This document shows positions 45,537-54,422 of a stretch of 64,000 nucleotides of DNA, in pieces. A program made the translations under genes and the position numbers. Source of the DNA: a virus (Duplodnaviria; Caudoviricetes). Positions within the stretch are counted from its first letter, which is position 1, and the number at the start of each line of letters is the position of its first letter. Under the pieces are notes generated by a model. That model did not search any database. It was given only the letters and a program-made list of their open reading frames with translations, and was not told the DNA's origin. The DNA lies in IMG/VR virus record IMGVR_UViG_2863283106_000001, positions 32,001-96,000 of that record. The stretch is one strand, 5' to 3'.

Positions 45537-47333
45537 TCAGTTCAGCAGACCGCGGCGGCGGGGCGGGTTGATCGGCTCCGGTTCGTAGGGGGCCAGGAGG
45601 ATCGCCTCGGCCCGGTCGGGGGATTTCATGCCGCGGCCCTTCATCTGCTTCTTCGACTCGACGACGGAGTACCCGCCGGCGTTCGACAGGAGCTTCGGCG
45701 TGGAGAGCTGCGCCGCAGACTTCTTGTCGATGCGGTAGCGCAGCCGGCCGCGGCCGGTGGACGGGTCCGGCTGCAGGAGGCTGCGGGTGGCGAGCCACAT
45801 CTCGTCACGCTTGCGGTAGGGCCGCATGACGGCGCCCGGGTCGTCCTGGGAGGGGTTCTCGGACACCATCACGCCGACGATCTGCGCCTGGTGCTCGCCG
45901 TTCTGCCCCCAGGTCTCGAGCATGGACACCACGCCGTGGCCGATGCCGTTCTTGTCGACCTTGACGCGGACGGGGTGCGGGGACTTGAGGGCGTCGGCCA
46001 GGCGCTGCGCGGCGTGGATCTCCTCGAGGACCTTCTTGGCGACCTTGACCTGGTTGTCGTTGGCGGCGCCAGCGGAGGCGTGCCGGTTCTCGATGACGTC
46101 GCCGATGGAGCGGGCGATGGCGAACTCGTCGCCGCCGTCGGCTGCGACGTCGACGCCGAGGCGGACCCAGGCGCCTTCGCGGACGGTGTGGGTGGCGGTC
46201 TCGTCCTCGAGTCCGAGGTCGCATAGGCGGTGCCAGCCGGGCCCGGTGGGGTCTTCGGTGTTGAGGGCGTCCTCGATCCAGGTGGGCGGGATGACGAGCC
46301 CTCCGCCGCCCTTGGGGAAGCGCGCGTACACCTTGGCGATGACGTACGGGTGATCGGGGCCGTAGGCGCGGATGGTGCGGTCCACCCAGTCCTGGTCCGG
46401 CATGTGCCGGGCGAGGGTGTGCAGGTCGTTCGGGTTGGGCGGGCAGTCCGTGCAGTACGGCACCCGCTCCCCCGTGATCGCGGGGGAGGTGAGGGAGGAG
46501 ATCGGGATGGTGACGGTGGTCGGCTCCTCCGGGTCCTCCCCTTCCAGGCACAGCTCCTCGAACCAGGACGCGGGGTCGTCCATGGCGGGGTTGCCGATGG
46601 CGAGCATCGCGGCGTGTCCGCCGGTCAGGAGGTTGTTCGTGCCGTGGCCGATCGCCGGGGCGATACCGCCGGCCTCGTCGACGATGAGCAGGATGTGGGC
46701 CATGTGGATGCCCTGCATGGCGGCCTCGTCGTTCGCGGGGGCCGAGAAGCCGTACGCGGCGACGAAGTCGTGCCCCTGCGGGGTGGGCATCTTGTACTGG
46801 ACGGTGTCGCAGTAGCCGGGCAGTCCGGCCCGGGGCACCACCTTGCGGATGTGGGGCCAGAGCTGCCGCTGCACCTGCCGGAAGCGGGTCGCGGTGGTGA
46901 TGCACAGCGCGGTGCCGACCGGGTAGACGTTGACGAACCAGACGGCGGCGCGCGCGGCGAGGTGGGTCTTGCCGACGCCGAAGCCGGCCGGGACGGCGAC
47001 GCGTTTGTGGGTGACGATCGCGTCCAGGACGTCGCGCTGCAGGCTCCAGATGGACTCTCCGAGGACGTCCTCGACGAACCCGCTCGGGGTGTCGCGCCAT
47101 AGGCCGTAGAGGGAGCCGGTGACGCGTTCGACCTCGCGCATGACGTACGGCCGCTCTCGGGCGGTGATGTCGTGCTTGAAGGCGTGGCGACGGGCGGTGA
47201 CGGGGGCGCGGAGCAGGATGTCGGCGACGTTGGCGGCGTCGCGGGATTTGACGCCGGGCCGGCGGGCGCGCTGCAGCTCCTGGCGTGAGGGGGCCACGCG
47301 GAGATGTGAGGTCGGGGGCTGCGTGCGGGGCAT
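45537..47333 (-). CDS. terL: Terminase large subunit
   Basis: Walker A GFGVGKT, Walker B LLIVDEA, motif C IGNP, nuclease LGVDVAADGGD, KSPDRAEA; leaderless start behind a class-A promoter. Confidence 0.9.
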   Translation of the reverse strand: MPRTQPPTSHLRVAPSRQELQRARRPGVKSRDAANVADILLRAPVTARRHAFKHDITARERPYVMREVERVTGSLYGLWRDTPSGFVEDVLGESIWSLQRDVLDAIVTHKRVAVPAGFGVGKTHLAARAAVWFVNVYPVGTALCITTATRFRQVQRQLWPHIRKVVPRAGLPGYCDTVQYKMPTPQGHDFVAAYGFSAPANDEAAMQGIHMAHILLIVDEAGGIAPAIGHGTNNLLTGGHAAMLAIGNPAMDDPASWFEELCLEGEDPEEPTTVTIPISSLTSPAITGERVPYCTDCPPNPNDLHTLARHMPDQDWVDRTIRAYGPDHPYVIAKVYARFPKGGGGLVIPPTWIEDALNTEDPTGPGWHRLCDLGLEDETATHTVREGAWVRLGVDVAADGGDEFAIARSIGDVIENRHASAGAANDNQVKVAKKVLEEIHAAQRLADALKSPHPVRVKVDKNGIGHGVVSMLETWGQNGEHQAQIVGVMVSENPSQDDPGAVMRPYRKRDEMWLATRSLLQPDPSTGRGRLRYRIDKKSAAQLSTPKLLSNAGGYSVVESKKQMKGRGMKSPDRAEAILLAPYEPEPINPPRRRGLLN

Positions 47334-47630
47334 GGGCCGGAAGGTGCAGCGCGGGCGGCGCTTGTGTCGCGGCCTGGCCGGGGCCCATGCCCAGGCCGCC
47401 GGCCAGACCGCGCGGTTCCGGCACTGCCATGACGAACTGCCTGCCCTGTCTGTCAGGAAAGGCGTCTGTGCCGGAAGTCGGTGCCGGGGTGAGGCCTCTC
47501 CCGGGGGGGTGGAGCAGGACCGTCACCCCGGCTCTTGGGGGGGGGTGCGTGGCTGGCGCGTCCTTCCCCGGGGGGATGTCGGGGCGGGAGAGCCAGCCGC
47601 ACCCTGTAGTACGTCAGGGGCCGGATTCTG

Positions 47631-48365
47631 TTACACCCCCGGCGAGAAGGGCGGCCGCAGCCGGTCCCCGCGGAAGTACCGGAGCGCCTGCCGCTCGTAT
47701 CGGCGCTGCGCCGGGCCGTCGTCCGGGTCGGCGGAGGCGAGCCAGGCCGGGGTGATGTCGAGCGTCCAGACGGCGGGCGCGGCCGGGCCCGGAACGACCT
47801 TGAGGGGCTTGCCCGCGGCCACCCACTCATCGAGTGCGTTCTTGGCGACCTGGCGCAGCCGCTCGGTTTCCCCGGCCGTGGGCGTACGGCCGGGCCCCGC
47901 GGTGGTCACCTCGCTGATGTTGAACGGGAAGTCGTTCAGGTCCGTCGCCGGCAGCCCTAGGGAGACCTCCAGCTTCTTGCCCATCTGCTCGAGGAGGGTG
48001 ACGACCGCGGCGACGGCGCTGCAGCCGGGGCAGGGGCAGTCCTCCGGGGCTTCCTCAGCGGCCGTGGCCTCCGGCACGTCCTGGGTGTGCTCCGGCGCGT
48101 CCTCGGCGGCCGTGGCGACCGGTGCCGTGCCGGTGGTGGCGTCGAGGCTGGCGAGGAGGTCCTGCTCCTCCTCAGCCCGCCGTATCGCCTCCCGGAAGAG
48201 GGTCATCTCCGACTCGACGACGGCGCGCTCCAGCGCGGTGAGCGCGAACCATGGGGTGGACTCCTCGCCGGTGGCCTGCCGGAGGAAGGCCCGGCGGGTC
48301 TCGTAGAAGTGGCGGGTCAGGTGGGGCGGGAGCGTGGTCCGCGGGGGCGTGGTTCGCGTCGTCAT
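47631..48365 (-). CDS. Hypothetical protein (CPCPGC)
   Basis: Leaderless ATG at 48365 after TGTCAC-N16-CGTT. Confidence 0.6.
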   Translation of the reverse strand: MTTRTTPPRTTLPPHLTRHFYETRRAFLRQATGEESTPWFALTALERAVVESEMTLFREAIRRAEEEQDLLASLDATTGTAPVATAAEDAPEHTQDVPEATAAEEAPEDCPCPGCSAVAAVVTLLEQMGKKLEVSLGLPATDLNDFPFNISEVTTAGPGRTPTAGETERLRQVAKNALDEWVAAGKPLKVVPGPAAPAVWTLDITPAWLASADPDDGPAQRRYERQALRYFRGDRLRPPFSPGV

Positions 48366-48458
48366 GCTGGGGGGAACGCGGGCGGCCGGATTCTGTGACA
48401 CCCCTGCCCCGGCTGCTGCTGCGCCTGGTGCTGCTCGATCCCTAGCGAACCCCACCAC

Positions 48459-48630
48459 GCGCCGATGCCTGAGCGAAGCGAAGGCATCGGAACTTACTTG
48501 ATGGTGGTGCTTGATCTTATTACTAAAGGGGACCAGTCTTCCGGAACCCGGTTATCCGGCGACCGATCTACCGGCGACCGAAAACCGGTCCCCGGTGACC
48601 GGGGACCAAAAACCGGTCTCCGGTGCGACC
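48459..48630. repeat. Non-coding CCGG-anchored 14-15-bp direct-repeat array with AT-rich patch and hairpin (candidate clt or iteron site)
   Basis: ccggaacccggttat / ccggcgaccgatcta / ccggcgaccgaaaa / ccggtccccggtga / ccggggaccaaaaa / ccggtctccggtg; hairpin CCGATGCCT-N11-AGGCATCGG. Confidence 0.6.
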
Positions 48631-48694
48631 TGGGGCGGGGCAAGAAGAAACCGGCCCCGACGATGCCGGGGCCGGTGCGGTGCGGGGTGTTGCT

Positions 48695-49321
48695 CTACAG
48701 GCCGTACCTCTTACGGGCGGCCGCCCGGTGCTGGTACGCCAGAGTCCGGCTGACGCCGGCGTGCTCGGCGATCTGCTCCGGGCTCCACTCGTAGGGCGGC
48801 TGCGACAGGGCGAGCACGGCCGCCTGCATGACGCGTACGGCAACTTCACGGCGGGCCCGTGCCGCGTGCACGATCGGGGCCGCCTCGAGGAGCTTGGTCT
48901 CGGCGTCCTGGACGCGCTCGACGCCTGCCTCTTCCGCGAACCGGATGAGGTCCTCGTTCGTCTCGGCGTCCGGCAGCGGGTGCGTCTTGTCGCCGAATAC
49001 GGTCGCGGCGAGGTTCCGCCGGTACCCGATCGGGGACAGACCGACAGTTTTGGCCAGTCCGAGACGCTGCTCGTAGAACCACAGGTGTGCCAGCGCGCGG
49101 TCCCGCTCCCCCTGATAGAGGGCGATCTCGGCGTCAGCCTGACGGACGGCTTCCGCGGCCTTCACGACCAGGTCGTCCGGACGGGCGCTGACGATCAGGT
49201 CCTCGGGCCGCTCGGGGCGAAGACCAAGAGCCGTGAGGGCCACGGTCTCGGCGTCCTTGGCGATCTGCTCGTAGTCCGGGCCCTTGATGCGCGGCCCGTA
49301 CTTGACTCCAGCCTTGGGCAT
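48695..49321 (-). CDS. HTH DNA-binding protein
   Basis: C-terminal WSPEQIAEHAGVSRTLAYQH; GGAG RBS; followed by a hairpin with a U-tract at about 48643-48677. Confidence 0.65.
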   Translation of the reverse strand: MPKAGVKYGPRIKGPDYEQIAKDAETVALTALGLRPERPEDLIVSARPDDLVVKAAEAVRQADAEIALYQGERDRALAHLWFYEQRLGLAKTVGLSPIGYRRNLAATVFGDKTHPLPDAETNEDLIRFAEEAGVERVQDAETKLLEAAPIVHAARARREVAVRVMQAAVLALSQPPYEWSPEQIAEHAGVSRTLAYQHRAAARKRYGL

Positions 49322-49430
49322 AACGGCTGTTCTCCATCTCGCTGTGGCGCGGTTGTGCGCCGTAGCGGCGACTGGGGCAACCCCATGCCGCCGCATCAGC
49401 GGGAATGGTACACCCGAGTAAATCCCGGTG

Positions 49431-49691
49431 TCAGGTGTGCCGGGCCGGGAGGGGCACTGACCTGATGCGGAGCACCGCGAACGCGACGCCGGCGACCACC
49501 ACCACTTTCCCGTGGGCATCCCGTACGACGCTCTGTCCGGGAGCTGGGTTGCCGGGCGTGTCAGTGGTGGCGATCCGGCCTGCCCCAAGAGTCGGCCCGC
49601 CCGGGATCCGCAGGACCCACAGCAGGAACGGACCCAGGCGCAGCCCTCGAGGGCGCCGGAGGCGGCGCTGCAGCGTGACACGGGGGCTCAC
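49431..49691 (-). CDS. Hypothetical protein
   Basis: GTGA overlap. Confidence 0.45.
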   Translation of the reverse strand: MSPRVTLQRRLRRPRGLRLGPFLLWVLRIPGGPTLGAGRIATTDTPGNPAPGQSVVRDAHGKVVVVAGVAFAVLRIRSVPLPARHT

Positions 49692-50272
49692 CGGCGGTGC
49701 CCCTTCTGTGCGGCGCGGAGTGCGGCCCGTTCCCTCTTGCTGGCGGCCCACTCCTTCCGCGGGGCGAGCGCGTGCGCCCCCACGGATACGCGGCCCAGAA
49801 CGACCTCGAGACCGGCCCTCTTCGCGTTCCGTCCCTGCCCGTGCCACAACCAGGAGATGGCGAAGATCGCGGGTGGCACGTTGGGGCTCGCCGGCCACAC
49901 GCCGACGGTGAACCGGCCGAAGTCGACGAAGTGCGACCGCTGCGCGGACAGCAGCACCTGCACGACGAGGTACACGAGGGCAGAGCCCAGCGATACCCAC
50001 TGCCACAGCAGGAACGCGATCAGGGCGTTCGCGGTCCACTCGCCCAGGAACCAGGCCGCCTTCCCCACGCGGGACGGGTCCGGCCGGGGGAACCGCACCG
50101 TGCCGGGCAGGTGCTCGAGAGTGCGCGGGTCCTCGTCGGTCCATGCCCAGTGCCGCTCATGCCGCTCGCTCCCAGAGGCGGCGTGCGCGCCCTCGTGCCC
50201 GGCGAGCCGCTGGCACTGCAGGTTGAGGGAGAAGCAGGACCAGACAGGACACTGGCGTTGACGACGGCGCAT
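49688..50272 (-). CDS. Membrane protein
   Basis: GGAGG RBS; C...C..GH.G.H motif, then TM segments. Confidence 0.5.
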   Translation of the reverse strand: MRRRQRQCPVWSCFSLNLQCQRLAGHEGAHAASGSERHERHWAWTDEDPRTLEHLPGTVRFPRPDPSRVGKAAWFLGEWTANALIAFLLWQWVSLGSALVYLVVQVLLSAQRSHFVDFGRFTVGVWPASPNVPPAIFAISWLWHGQGRNAKRAGLEVVLGRVSVGAHALAPRKEWAASKRERAALRAAQKGHRR

Positions 50273-50448
50273 CACGGCCTCCACGAGGTGAGGAAGTCGA
50301 GGAGCCCGTCGACCAGGCCCTCGAAGAGATCGGCGATCCGCCCGGCCCTGGACCGCTGCGGTGTCCCGGCGCAGGCGCGGCGGGCGCGCTTGCCGGGCCT
50401 GCGCCGGGACGTACGCCTCTCGGCCCCGGGCGGCCCACAACCGGCGCC

Positions 50449-50805
50449 TCATCGGGCGGCCGCCGCGGTCACGGCCCGCACCCCGTCGGGGGTGAGCAGG
50501 TACAGGCGGCCGTCGGGGTAGCGCACCTCGACCTCGCTGGGGAGCTGCGGCCGGCGAACCTTCCACCCGGCCTCGTACGACTCCCGCGGGTGGTCCTCGA
50601 ACCAGCCGTTACACGTCGTGCAGACCAGCAGCAGGTTGTGCGCCTGGTTGATCCACGGCTCCCGTGCCCCGCCCATGCCGCGGTTCACCCGGTGGTGGAT
50701 GGTCAGGTCCTGCCGGGTCTCGCAGCGCACGCAGGCGCCCCCGTCACGCGCGTATACGAGGGCCTTCACCACGTCGGTGGGACCGGTCCGTCGTCGTGCC
50801 TTCAC
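50449..50805 (-). CDS. HNH endonuclease (packaging-associated type)
   Basis: RDGGACVRC..HHRVNRGMGG..NLLLVCTTCN. Confidence 0.8.
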   Translation of the reverse strand: MKARRRTGPTDVVKALVYARDGGACVRCETRQDLTIHHRVNRGMGGAREPWINQAHNLLLVCTTCNGWFEDHPRESYEAGWKVRRPQLPSEVEVRYPDGRLYLLTPDGVRAVTAAAAR

Positions 50806-50993
50806 AGCACTGGTCTCCTACCTGCCCCGGGCGCCGGACCGCGTCGTTCACGGTCCTGGTGGGCGCGCCCGGGGCGAGGCGGGGAGAGTGGACGGCGGCC
50901 GCGCCTTACGTCGCGCCGAAATGGCCCGGCGCCTCAAGGGGGCTTGGGATACTTCTGTCTGTCCTGCTGCTGACGACTGAGGAGCGCCCCTCG

Positions 50994-51209
50994 ATGTCTG
51001 ACGAGAACGCGTTCGTGATCTTCACCGTGATTGGAGTCGCGCATCTGGCCGGGGCGTATCTCACCTGGTCGCGCCGCTCCCGGTGGGAAGCGGACACTCA
51101 GCGGTGGAGGGGCGTGATGCGTTGGTTCAGCGGCCAGCGTCAGCTCAACGCCGAGTTGGCCCTCGGCGTCCTCTTCCTGGGCCTGGGCCTGGCCATCGGT
51201 CTCGCGTAG
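50994..51209 (+). CDS. Small two-TM membrane protein
   Basis: GAGGAG RBS. Confidence 0.5.
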   Translation: MSDENAFVIFTVIGVAHLAGAYLTWSRRSRWEADTQRWRGVMRWFSGQRQLNAELALGVLFLGLGLAIGLA

Positions 51210-51551
51210 CTACCACGGCCCGTCAAGTCTCGCGTGGAGCTGCGCCCAGGTGGTGACGCCGAGGACGTCCGCGGCGAACCCGGCCAGGGTGTCGGCCCAC
51301 AGGGCGTACGGCGTGCCGTGGCGCAGGTACGACAGCACCAGGAGGTCACACAGGACGTCGTCGGCGAGGATCGCGATCGTGGCGCGCCGGTCGGCGGCGG
51401 GGGCCGCGGTCAGATGCTCGAGCTGGTCCAGGCGGGCGAGCCAGTCGGGAACGGCCGAGGTGCGGGTGCACAGGCCTGAGTCGACGACGTTCCGGGCGCG
51501 GGCCGCGAGGCCGGCGATCCGGGTGCGGGGCGGTGCGGCGGTCGGGAACAT
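51210..51551 (-). CDS. Hypothetical protein
   Basis: Near-leaderless ATG behind a class-A promoter; contains a YALWADT.AGFA.DVLG motif like the TerL N-terminus. Confidence 0.6.
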   Translation of the reverse strand: MFPTAAPPRTRIAGLAARARNVVDSGLCTRTSAVPDWLARLDQLEHLTAAPAADRRATIAILADDVLCDLLVLSYLRHGTPYALWADTLAGFAADVLGVTTWAQLHARLDGPW

Positions 51552-51630
51552 GCCCGCGGACCGTAGGCACGGCCACGGCTTGCGTCGCGCAGCGAGGACG
51601 CGACGTTAAGAGGCCCTGCAGCCGATGGTG
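51552..51630. promoter_or_regulatory. Back-to-back pair of class-A promoters
   Basis: CGCGACGCAA-N14-TACGGT on minus; CGCGACGTTAA-N14-GATGGT on plus. Confidence 0.65.
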
Positions 51631-51677
51631 CGCGGCCCTGGGACGCAACAGGCGTCCCTGCGCCCCTTGGAGCTCCC

Positions 51678-52199
51678 GTGTCCCGCCTGTTCGGCAGCCT
51701 CGCGGCCCTTCTCTACATCGGCACCATCGTCTCTGCGAACTGGGCCACTGCCCACTTCGGTTTCCTGTCGGTCGGCTTCGGCCTGTCCGCGACGGCGGGG
51801 ACGTTCCTCGCCGGCGGCGCGCTGCTCGCCCGCAACCTCGTCCAGGACGCGTACGGGCGCACCACTGCCCTGGTGCTGATGACGGTCGGTACCTGCCTGT
51901 CGGCGTTCACCGCTCCGGCCGCCCTCGTGGTGGCCTCCGCCGCGGCGTTCGCGTTCTCCGAGCTCGCCGACATGGCCGTCTACACGCCGCTGCGCCGTTC
52001 CTACTGGGCCCGCGCGATCCTGCCCGCGTGCCTGGTCGGCGCGCTCGTCGACACCGTGCTGTTCCTCGCCATCGCCGGGTTCCCGATCTGGTCGGCGGTG
52101 CCGGGCCAGATGGTCGGCAAGGCCTGGGCGGTGTTCCTGCCGGTCGCCGCGGTGACCGCCTTCCGGGCGGCCCGGAAGGTACGGACGGCGCGGCTGTGA
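51678..52199 (+). CDS. VUT/YhhQ-family 7-deazaguanine (preQ0/preQ1) transporter
   Basis: ANW..AGT..G..L..RN.VQ..G; AS.AAF..SEL.D..VYT.LR; VD..LFL.IA..GQ..GK. Confidence 0.8.
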   Translation: MSRLFGSLAALLYIGTIVSANWATAHFGFLSVGFGLSATAGTFLAGGALLARNLVQDAYGRTTALVLMTVGTCLSAFTAPAALVVASAAAFAFSELADMAVYTPLRRSYWARAILPACLVGALVDTVLFLAIAGFPIWSAVPGQMVGKAWAVFLPVAAVTAFRAARKVRTARL

Positions 52200-52834
52200 T
52201 CTACCTGACCACGCCCTCCGGGGACAAGGTCCGGGCGGCGATGGCCGCGGGCCACGGGATCGCGTGGATGAGTACGCCCGCCTGCGGCCACGTCCTGCCC
52301 GCAGGGCAGATATGGGCAGCGGACAACGGCCGGTTCGGGAAGGGCTGGCCGGGCTACGAACGGTGGTGGCGGTACCTGGAGAGCCACGCCGACCGGGCCG
52401 GGGACTGCCTGTTCGCGGTCGCTCCGGACATCCCCATGGACGCGGCCGCAACGCTCGAGGAGTCCCGGCCGTGGCTGCCGAAGATCCGCGCCCTGGGCTA
52501 CCGGGCGGCGTTCGCCGCGCAGGACGGCGCCGAGGACCTGCCGGTGCCGTGGGACGACCTGGACGTGCTGTTCCTCGCCGGCTCCACCGAGTGGAAGCTC
52601 GGGCCGGGCGCGCGCGTGCTGGCGCTCGAGGCGAAGCGGCGCGGCAAGCGCGTGCACATGGGGCGGGTGAACTCCCTCAAGCGGTTGCGGTACGCGCACT
52701 CGATCGGCTGCGACAGTGCCGACGGCACGTTCGTCGCGTTCGGGCCGGACAAGAACCTGCCGAAGTGCCTGGCGTGGGTGGCAGAGCTCAACGGCCAGGA
52801 GGAGCTGTTCCCGCTCAAGGCGCCCGCCGCTTAG
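52196..52834 (+). CDS. DpdA/TGT-like guanine transglycosylase
   Basis: WAADNG.F..F.V.PD..DA..TL..QDG..LF.AGS..WK..HMGRVNS..DS.DGT; GTGA-coupled to the VUT gene. Confidence 0.65.
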   Translation: MIYLTTPSGDKVRAAMAAGHGIAWMSTPACGHVLPAGQIWAADNGRFGKGWPGYERWWRYLESHADRAGDCLFAVAPDIPMDAAATLEESRPWLPKIRALGYRAAFAAQDGAEDLPVPWDDLDVLFLAGSTEWKLGPGARVLALEAKRRGKRVHMGRVNSLKRLRYAHSIGCDSADGTFVAFGPDKNLPKCLAWVAELNGQEELFPLKAPAA

Positions 52835-52878
52835 GTGAGGTGACGCGGTTCTGCAGCTCCCGCCGCGTCACCTCACCT
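52833..52878. terminator. Bidirectional terminator
   Basis: AGGTGAGGTGACGCGG...CCGCGTCACCTCACCT. Confidence 0.7.
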
Positions 52879-52884
52879 CACGGG

Positions 52885-53358
52885 TCAGGCCGCGCGCTGG
52901 ATGGCGAGCGCCCGCTCGAGCTCGTCGAGCATCGCCACGATGTCGTCGACCTTCACGTAGGAGATCCCGAACGTGACCGTGCCGTCGTCGTGGACGTCGA
53001 ACTCGTACTCCGCGTAACTCTGCTCGTCCTCGTAGAAGTACCGGCCCGGCTCCGCTTCGGCGAACCCGCCGGGCCCCTCGTCGAACCAGCCAGCGCCCCA
53101 TATCTCCGCCATGGCTTGGCCAACGGCCGCTTTGGGGACATGCTCGAACTCGATGGTGGCGCGCCCGTGGTCATCGAGGCATGCCTTCCCCAGGCCTTCC
53201 CCGGATGTCTCCCAGCGCAGGGTGGGGCCGAAGCACTGGCACCTGTCGGCGTGGGTCAGGGCGGGGAACGCCGCGATGAACGCGGCTTGCGCGGTCCGCT
53301 GGTGCTCGCTCCATGCGTCGGTCCAGTCCTCGAGCGCTTCCTTGACGTGCGGTTGCAC
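52885..53358 (-). CDS. Hypothetical protein
   Basis: AAGGGAG RBS; class-A promoter at 53452-53461. Confidence 0.6.
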   Translation of the reverse strand: MQPHVKEALEDWTDAWSEHQRTAQAAFIAAFPALTHADRCQCFGPTLRWETSGEGLGKACLDDHGRATIEFEHVPKAAVGQAMAEIWGAGWFDEGPGGFAEAEPGRYFYEDEQSYAEYEFDVHDDGTVTFGISYVKVDDIVAMLDELERALAIQRAA

Positions 53359-53480
53359 GTTGCTCCCTTCCGCCCACGGGGCGGGGCCGCGGGGTTGCGG
53401 CCGCGGGACGCGCCGCGGGCAAGGAGGGGCACCCTGCACACCGCGGAATGCTTGCGTCCGCTCCTGGGGTGCGGGGTCAG

Positions 53481-54302
53481 TCAGCCGACTGCAGGCTTCG
53501 CCACCAGGTCGCACGACTCGAACAGCTCGAACCACTCCTCCGGCTCGCCGTCCTCGTCCGCCAGGGCGACCAGACGGGAACCGCCGTACACGGACTCGGC
53601 AAGGAAGTTCATCGTGGCGCGCATGTCGGGGTCGGCGATCCGGTCCGCGCCGACGGCGACCGCGACGTACTGGTCCAGCCCGGCCATGGCGTCAGGGTTG
53701 GTGTTCCACACGGCGAACGCCATGACGCGCTGCGGGTCCTCACCCCACCAGGCACGCCGCCCCAGGTCGAGCCGGCCGGGCAGCAACGCCTGATCGACGA
53801 ACCGGGCCAGGATCCGCCAGACACTGTCCGAGTGGTGCCGGTACTGGGCGAACGACACGGCCACCCGCGGAACGTCCCCGTACGGGCGGGGACAAGACAC
53901 CAGGGCTGTCCACACCAGGAGCACGGCCGCTGCTGTGTCGTGGTCTGGGCGCGGGATGCGGGCGGCGATCCGGCGGGCGTACGGGTCCGCCACGGCGCCC
54001 AGGACGGCGCGCTGCTCGCTGGTGAGGGCCAGGCCGAGAACGTCCTGGGCGAACCTGGCGGGGGTGTCGTGCCACAGCTCGTAGGCGCTGCCGGTGTGCA
54101 GGTCCAGGGCGATCATCACGTCCAGGACCGCGGCGTCCTCGAGGGCGGAGACGTGCGTGAGCCGCTCGTCGACCGGCATGTTCAGCAGTCGGTGCGCGAG
54201 CTCCACGGACTGCGGGACCGGCTGGACGATCCGGTGCGGGTGGTTTCGGCGCCAGGCCGTGGCGGCGAGCGTGGCGTACCGGGTGGGCGGGATGTACGTC
54301 AT
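53481..54302 (-). CDS. Degenerate paralogue of the TerL N-terminal ATPase domain
   Basis: TGSAYELWHDTPARFAQDVLG..EQRAVL aligns with TerL TGSLYGLWRDTPSGFVEDVLG..LQRDVL; no Walker A/B and no nuclease domain. Confidence 0.7.
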   Translation of the reverse strand: MTYIPPTRYATLAATAWRRNHPHRIVQPVPQSVELAHRLLNMPVDERLTHVSALEDAAVLDVMIALDLHTGSAYELWHDTPARFAQDVLGLALTSEQRAVLGAVADPYARRIAARIPRPDHDTAAAVLLVWTALVSCPRPYGDVPRVAVSFAQYRHHSDSVWRILARFVDQALLPGRLDLGRRAWWGEDPQRVMAFAVWNTNPDAMAGLDQYVAVAVGADRIADPDMRATMNFLAESVYGGSRLVALADEDGEPEEWFELFESCDLVAKPAVG

Positions 54303-54422
54303 GGGCGCGGACCGTAGGGTCCCCGAGCGCTTGCGTCGCGCGCCTTGCGCCGGGGCCTGGGGGTACGGCTGCGCCCCGGCCGGGGAGTCGTCCGGCCGGG
54401 GCGCAGGAGCGGGCGGAGGGAG

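Noticed and set aside
48541-48630. CRISPR array
   Set aside because: Units are 14-15 bp and degenerate, with no spacers and no cas genes.
50272-50452. Possible frameshifted small gene after the HNH gene
   Set aside because: An alternative frame ends ...DGLLDFLTSWRP with a TGATG overlap, but it cannot be told apart from an N-terminal extension or a sequencing error.
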